In this document: positions 56,878 through 64,000 of the stretch, piece after piece
Position numbering within the stretch: the stretch's first letter is position 1
Layout: each line of letters starts with the position of its first letter
Assembly: GCF_009914755.1 (NCBI RefSeq)
Contig: NC_060935.1
Source of the DNA: the human T2T-CHM13v2.0 reference genome, Homo sapiens
Length of the DNA: 64,000 nt
Reading direction: 5' to 3' (one strand)
Notes under the pieces: model-generated
Database searches by the model: none
Told to the model about the DNA's origin: nothing
The model's input: the letters and a program-made list of their open reading frames with translations, nothing else
Position numbers and translations under genes: made by a program

Positions 56878-56905
56878 CCAAGTGACCAGAAGGACGCCTG
56901 GAAGA
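56726..56905. repeat. Tandemly duplicated (TG)n cassette
   Basis: Two (TG)n tracts, each followed by the identical 30-mer atccaagtgaccagaaggacgcctggaaga (56793-56822, 56876-56905). Confidence 0.92.
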
Positions 56906-56949
56906 AACCAATGCTTGCGGGTTGCTGCAACTACAGGGAGCAAGTCACC

Positions 56950-57800
56950 TGTGCGGGGCCGAGACCCCCAGAGTCTCGCGCTGGGAAAAGTTGTGCGGGG
57001 AGGGGAGGACGTCGGGTAAGCCCGGGCGGCACGGGGAGCGGTGTGGAAGCCCGGCGGGGCCAGCGCAGTTGAGGTCTGGGGAGCCCGGCTGGCATCTGCT
57101 CCGGGCTGCGGCGCGGGCCCCGCGGAGCCCAGGAGGCGGCGGGTGCTTCCGGCCAAGGGCCCTGGCGGCCGCCGCGCCCCTGCTGCTCTCAAGTTTCCCG
57201 TTGGCGGCGCGGCCCGGGCGCTTCAGGTAGCCTCTCGGCTCTCTCTGCTCCGCTCCGCGCCCAGGTAGGGCACCGACGGGGGCTGCACGCGGCTGGCCGG
57301 CTTCCTCCCTGCTGAGGCGGCCCTCCCTCCTCCCGCGGGGCCCTCCTGGCCGGGGATCCGCAGCGCTGCGCCCTCTGAACGCCCGGCCCCCGCGCCTGCT
57401 GCGGGGCGCGGCCTGGCCGGGCCCTGGCCCCGGCTGGCCTCAGTGCCAGCAGCCCCGCTCCGCTCTGCCCAGCGCGTCCCCTTTGCTCCAGCCCTGCGGC
57501 CGTCCCTTTCGGCCGGCGGCATGGCCCTGTCGTCCGAACCCGGTGAGTGCGCGCGAGGCTGCGCTGCTGACCTTGGGCCAGCCCCGCGGACCCTGCGGCC
57601 CAGGCGGGAATCAGCAGCGCCCTGGGGTCTGAACCGCGGCTTCCGCCTTCCCTGCTCGCAGAGGCGGTGGCGCTGACTCCGGTCCGATCCCTTGCCCTGT
57701 CCCCTGTTCCTGTCCCTGTCCCTACCCCTGCCTCTGCGGTGGCCCGAGCCCCAGCGGCCTCAGGTGAGCGGGCAGCATCCCGATTCCCTGGCGGCCTAGA
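56950..57800. promoter_or_regulatory. AMPD3: CpG island / AMPD3 promoter P1a
   Basis: Very GC- and CpG-rich; surrounds exon 1a; CCAAT just upstream at ~56908. Confidence 0.9.
57521..57542 (+). CDS. AMPD3: AMPD3 exon 1a coding part (MALSSEP + first base of Ala)
   Basis: ggcggcATGGCCCTGTCGTCCGAACCCG|gtgagt: strong Kozak context and consensus donor; matches recalled isoform 1A N-terminus MALSSEPAEMPRQ. Confidence 0.92.
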
Positions 57801-59400
57801 ATGGAATCGCAAGGTTTAGAGAAATTAAGGGACCTGGGACTTGCCACCCTGGGCAAAGTTCCTAGGTGCTTGAGGACTGGCTGGATGTGGACAGCTGAGG
57901 TGGACTTCTACCTGGAGGCGAGGGATGCACTGGATGATAGGGTGATGAGGTCGTTTGAGGCCTTCATCCTTACCTCTTTGGCTCTCTCCCGGCAAGGGAG
58001 GTGTACAGCCTTGGGCTCTGGCAGTCTGCTTTCTGCCCTTGATCTTCTGGTAGCTGCTTTGCCAGCAGAGCTGCTAATGGCTGTTGTAGGCTGGCAGAGG
58101 TCCCTGGGGAGAGTTTTGAGAGGCCTTGGAGTAGGAGAGGCTTGCTAACTAGGGTATCATTTCCCCAAACTGTATGTGGCTGAAAGCTTGATGGCGACAC
58201 ATCAGCAAAGGAGCTGGGTGAAAGCAGGCAGCACAAGGAGGGATTTTAGCATGGTCTTGAGCCCCTGTTGGCTTTCCCTCAGGATGCAGTGACCAACATT
58301 TGGCCATCTTCATGGAAAAGCTGCCTGCAGCTGGAACCTGCAGAGGAGAAATTCTTTCCCTGGCTGTGCAGCACTAAGGCCGAGTGTTAGTGGAGCCATT
58401 GAGCCAGACAGACAGAGCCTCTGTCACTTCACACCTCTAGGAGTGTTGACAGCAGGTCTGGGGTAGTTGGCCTGGCCTGGCTGCAGCTTCATGGGGCCTG
58501 GCTTGCTCTGAGGATGATGGTATGGGGCTGCCCTCTCTAGGAATAATGACACCTGCATAGGTGGTGGCTGGGAGACTCTTTGACCTCTCAGTCCCATCCT
58601 TAGCTCAGCCTCTGTCTTCTAAGGTTCTCCTAGCTCTCAGCTAGGTCAAGAAGCTCTTTGAGAGATGAGGTTTTTTGTAGTTGTTTTTTTTTGCCTCTAC
58701 ACTGACTGGATCACTCTTCAAATGGCCTCAAAATCTGTCTCAGGTCTTGAAAATGTCATGGGCAGATAACATGTAGCCTTCGGGTTAACAGGGAGATACC
58801 CTTTCTCCCCTAAAGCTGCCCATTGGCCTCCATGATTCTTTCACCAAGTATAATAATCTCTTAGTTCTTCTGTATGCTGGTTGCATATCTAGGACAACAG
58901 ACAATTGCTTTGGGCTTTTGATTTGTAAGGAACTGACTGGGGCATGGGAGGATGAGCTCATAGCTGGAGTCCTGGCTGTGTACAGTCACCGAGAAGTACC
59001 ATTCATAGGGGAGAAGGATGTTCCTCCTCCTGATCTGGCTTCACATTTAAATATGTTTTCCTTCTTCCTGCACCCAGGTAATAGAAACTTGGGAGAGTGC
59101 CAGGCACATGGTGGTGCTCAATAAATAAGGTTGAATAAAAGGATTCAGTGTCTAGATAAAACTTCATGTTCATTTTCCTAGTTCTTCTCTCTCGTATCTG
59201 ATATCATAATGATGATGACAATGATGTTGGCAGATAATGCTTATAAAACACATACTCTATGCCAGGTACCAGTCTAAACACTTCACTTATGCTCATTGTC
59301 ATGGCAACCTATGAGATTGGCTTTTTATTATCCACACTTCATAGGGAATAAAACCGAGCCACAGAAAAGTTATTTAACTTGCCCAAGGTCATACAACTAA

Positions 59401-59750
<350 letters not shown>

Positions 59751-60077
59751 GAGTCTACGTTTTTAGCCATACACTCTACTCATTCCTGAGATTGCCATAG
59801 GTGGATTGATCTATTATAAATAGCTAGTTCACTTGTTCATTGTTTTATGCATTCATTCATTCAACAAATACTTGCTGAATGTCGACCATATTTCAGGTAT
59901 GGGGATACAACTGTGAATGAGACAGGCGAGATTTGTCATGGAGCTGGTATTTAGCAAGTGAATCCCCTTTGTCCAACTCCTTGTGTGAGTCACACACACC
60001 TCACAAATGAGAAGAAAAATGAACCCCTCTATGCAAGCTCATGCCTGGCTTTTGGGGAGGAGAGTGATATCTTTCTT

Positions 60078-60386
<309 letters not shown>

Positions 60387-61799
60387 ATATCTTTCTTGAT
60401 GAGACATAATTTGATTCCATCCTCTCCTGTCTTTTAGAGTTTGTAAGGGGTGCTTAAGTGATAAAAGGGGATGCAGTCTAGTCTCGGGCAGGAGAAGCGG
60501 GCCCTGTATCTGGTTATCATAAATTGTCTTGATGTTTGTTCGAAAGGGAAATAAGGCTTTGAGCTTGGGATCAGTGCTCTTCAGTCCACAGAGACATCTT
60601 GGCTGCAAGAAGCAGCAACAAGTTAGGCTCAAGGTGGAATTGTGAGGTCCTGAGAAGAGCTTGCTCTTCTGGGACAGAACTGTATTTTTCTTCTAAACTG
60701 CCCATGTTCTGGAGAGTCTTCCCTCCTTTTGGCTTCAGCAGGACCCTTGGTCATTGTTACAACCTGTGTCATCTTAGTGGAGCTGCTGCTGGTTTCTGTC
60801 TGAACCCGATGCAATGGGTCTCATACCTGTAAACTGGGCTCCAGGAAGGCAGCTTTCTCTAAGTTGGAAAATGAAGACTCAAGGTGGAGGGTGTTTCCCA
60901 AAGCCCATACCACAAGATGTTAATAGGTGTTTTTTTCCTATGACAGCAGTTCTAGGATGGTCAAATAAGTGCGTCGGGTTAAACAAAGTTAAGCAGCTTT
61001 CTTTACTGCAGGACTTCTCAGGTGTTGAATTTGCTAGTAGAAACTGTGCATGAATACCCATAAGGGACTACAGGATGCAGTGTTTTCCAAGCCTTCTGAC
61101 CTTTCATGTTCTGCAGACTGCACTTTGAAAAATGCTTGTTTAGACTAAGGCTAGCTGGGATCCGGTTAAAGGTGCAGAATAAAATTCCCTGAACGTGTCG
61201 GACTTAAATCCTTGGGCTGGAATCCTCCCACTGCAGTCCCCACTCTACCTCCCCTTTCCCCAAAACACTAGCAGAAAAAGTCATCTGCCCCTCCTCCTTC
61301 TGGCAGAATAGTACTAAGGGCTTGGATTTTTTTCTCATACTGTAAGTTCATTTAATTGTTTAATGAATAAATATTACCCTCCCTCTAGGTTGCTTGTAGC
61401 CTGCTGGTTGCACTGTTTATGAAACAGCTGTGAGGACAGGTGGGCCGTAATCTCTGGGTAGCTAAAGCCCAGCAGCAGCCCGAGGATCATGTGTCAACCC
61501 TGTAATACTGCTCTGTGCACACAGGAATTATGATGTGAGCTCAGTAAGACACAACCTCACGATTGGACATGCGGAGGTGACTCAGGCCCAAGTCAGGGTT
61601 ACAGCTAGCCTCCCGGTAAACAACTGACCCATCCTTCCTGGGCTCTTCTCCCCAGGATTTCAACAGCACCACAGAAATAGCCATTTTGCTCATGGTTATT
61701 TCCCAGGACCACACGATTTGCCTAAGTCACTGGGAGGCTATGTGTCTGTTCTGAGCCTTCCCACTCTCCTAAAGGGCAGATGAAGATCAGAGCTTTGCA

Positions 61800-61947
61800 C
61801 CCTGTGATGCCATTTTAATCAACCCTGCTTGGTTTTAGAGGATTGCTCCCGTGGGTCACTTGAGGCAGGCTCCACCTTCCCCAGGAGGAGTGGCAGAGTC
61901 CAGCCAGCGCTCGGAGCTGGAGGCCCACGTGGGAGCAGTGAGCGGCT
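61800..61947 (+). other. AMPD3: AMPD3 non-coding alternative first exon 1b (5' end approximate)
   Basis: Donor GCT|gtaagc at 61947, located between exons 1a and 1c as in the known 1a-1b-1c order; TSS cannot be determined from sequence. Confidence 0.65.
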
Positions 61948-62885
61948 GTAAGCAGGGGAGGGTTTGGGGTGGGCTCCGGTGGGTCAGTTGGGGTGTACTC
62001 CTTTTCTGTGTGTGTGGATGGGGGTGGGGGTTCTGGTAAAGCTTATCAGGCTTCGCAGTCACCTGTGATGTGGGCTTCTTTCTGGGAAGAAAGGAAGGAG
62101 TGGGATGGGGCTGTCAGCTTTTCATCCTAGCCTGCCCCTGTCCTCTGTCCGCCTCTGTGCTGAGGCAGTTCCTGCTCCCTGAGTCTCTGTCCTTTCCTGG
62201 GAAAGGTGGAAGCAGTTCATGGTCTTTCCCTTTCAGAGGAGGAGGGGATGGAGGGGATTGTATTAGCAACTGGGATTGAAGCTCCCCCTGGCAGTTATGG
62301 GGTGCCCTTGGGAGGGCTGCTTTAGGGGGGCTTTCTGAGAAGAGGCAGGTCGGGCTGTACCTGAGACCAATCCCCTTGATAAAATGCAGCCAGGCCTGAA
62401 GCACGTTCAGAACGGAAGCAGCAAAGGTGATGATATCGCTCGTTGCTACTCAGCTTTCAGGAGGAGGCTGGGCGTTAGAGGGAGGCTGTGGCTTATCTCC
62501 TGCAGCTGGGCAGGACGGCTGAGTTTACTGTTGTAAAGAGGAAGCCGCCGCTTTAGTTTCCTCTTGTGAGGGCTGTGAAGAGGGCCAGGACACTGCATTC
62601 AGGATACCACAGCCATTTTGTTTTGGATAACTGGGATTACCTGGGGACTTCAGGGCTCTTGGAAATTTTCCACTCATATTTCATATTCACGAGAGAATTT
62701 CCAGCCCAGGCTTTTCCTGCTCTGGCTCACTGCTGCTCACAGATATGCAAAACAGAGACCTCCTACTCCAGCCGGCAGACAGGACCCAGCCAGCTGCACG
62801 CACGCACTGACTCAGCTGAGCCTCCTGGGTGGCAGGCAGCACCTCACCCGGGTGCATCACTTGAGTGGCATCTTCAGGACCAGTC

Positions 62886-62901
62886 ATGGAGCCAGGCTCA
62901 G
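62886..62901 (+). CDS. AMPD3: AMPD3 exon 1c coding part (MEPGS + first base of Ala)
   Basis: gtcATGGAGCCAGGCTCAG|gtctgt; matches recalled isoform 1C N-terminus MEPGSAEMPRQ; same phase-1 donor as exon 1a. Confidence 0.88.
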
Positions 62902-63392
62902 GTCTGTGTCGGGGCTTCTGCAAGGGGAGTCTGGCAAGAGTAGGAACCAGCTTCCTTCGTATAACGAGGGGATTTCAGTGGCACTGGGCTTCCTTTCTGG
63001 AGGGACTGTGGCACCATGAAAAGTTACTGTTTGTTGAAACTGGCAGTGTTTTAGAACTTTCTAACTTTGGGACACTTCTTCAAGTTCATCAGAGCGTGTT
63101 GCATGTAACAGTGAGATAAGCTGTATCATTGGCTGACTGATGCTGGTGAATTCACAGCTAAGCCTCCCAAGCCTGCTGGTTTCAGCTGACAAAGGGTTGG
63201 AAGCCAGGCGTGAACATGCAGCTGGAGCTGAAGCTCTGCTTGGCATCTGCAGAGTGAGCTTTCCTTGTCAGGCCTGGCCTGGCAGGTGTCTGGAGGGTCT
63301 GAGAGGAGAGACACTCTGGAGGGACGGGTTGGCAGGTGGGAGCTGTCTGCCAAGGACATCCAGAAGGCAGCAGATGTGGGGGCAGCTGCTAA

Positions 63393-63776
<384 letters not shown>

Positions 63777-64000
63777 TTGGAATGAATTATCTACCAACTA
63801 TTTAAGACACTGGTAGTAGTTCTGCGGAAGATTTTTATGGGTTCTGTAAAACAAAAAGGGTTCTGTATGTTAATGTTACTCTATGATCCTTGATTTTAAT
63901 GAGCCTTATGAATGTGAGTTGAGGGGCTGTGGAATGCAACATCTCCCAATAACTGACCACAGGACCTGTTTTACCAGCAACAGGTATCAATTTCTTATGG

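Noticed and set aside
56793-56905. CRISPR-like array (identical 30-bp repeats with a spacer)
   Set aside because: Only two copies, the spacer is a microsatellite, the DNA is human and there are no cas genes.
56339-57812. Long ORFs (190, 164 and 207 aa) across the promoter
   Set aside because: Artefacts of stop-poor GC-rich DNA and (CA)n-encoded HT repeats; no recognisable domain.

Overview
Human genomic DNA (it carries a human-specific AluYb8), about 57 kb of repeat-rich, gene-poor sequence followed by the 5' end of AMPD3 (AMP deaminase 3, + strand). I recognise AMPD3 from recalled isoform N-termini, not from a search. The AMPD3 region has a CpG-island promoter and three alternative first exons: 1a encodes MALSSEP, 1b is non-coding and 1c encodes MEPGS. 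The shared exon 2 lies beyond the window. Almost all ORFs in the supplied track are spurious or repeat-derived. I found no intact novel gene system. The most interesting structures are: (1) a ~9.7 kb minus-strand processed pseudogene of the domesticated hAT transposase gene FAM200B, bounded by a target-site duplication (TSD) and split by an AluSc and a near full-length L1PA; (2) a complex templated insertion with a ~530 bp inverted duplication inside a Charlie element ~2.5 kb upstream of the AMPD3 promoter; (3) a full-length U6atac pseudogene fused to a truncated L1 3' end, next to a short inverted copy of nearby DNA; (4) a duplicated (TG)n cassette in the AMPD3 promoter; (5) a young AluYb8 with an atypical GC-rich target site. 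Repeat subfamily names come from recalled consensus motifs and most repeat boundaries are approximate.
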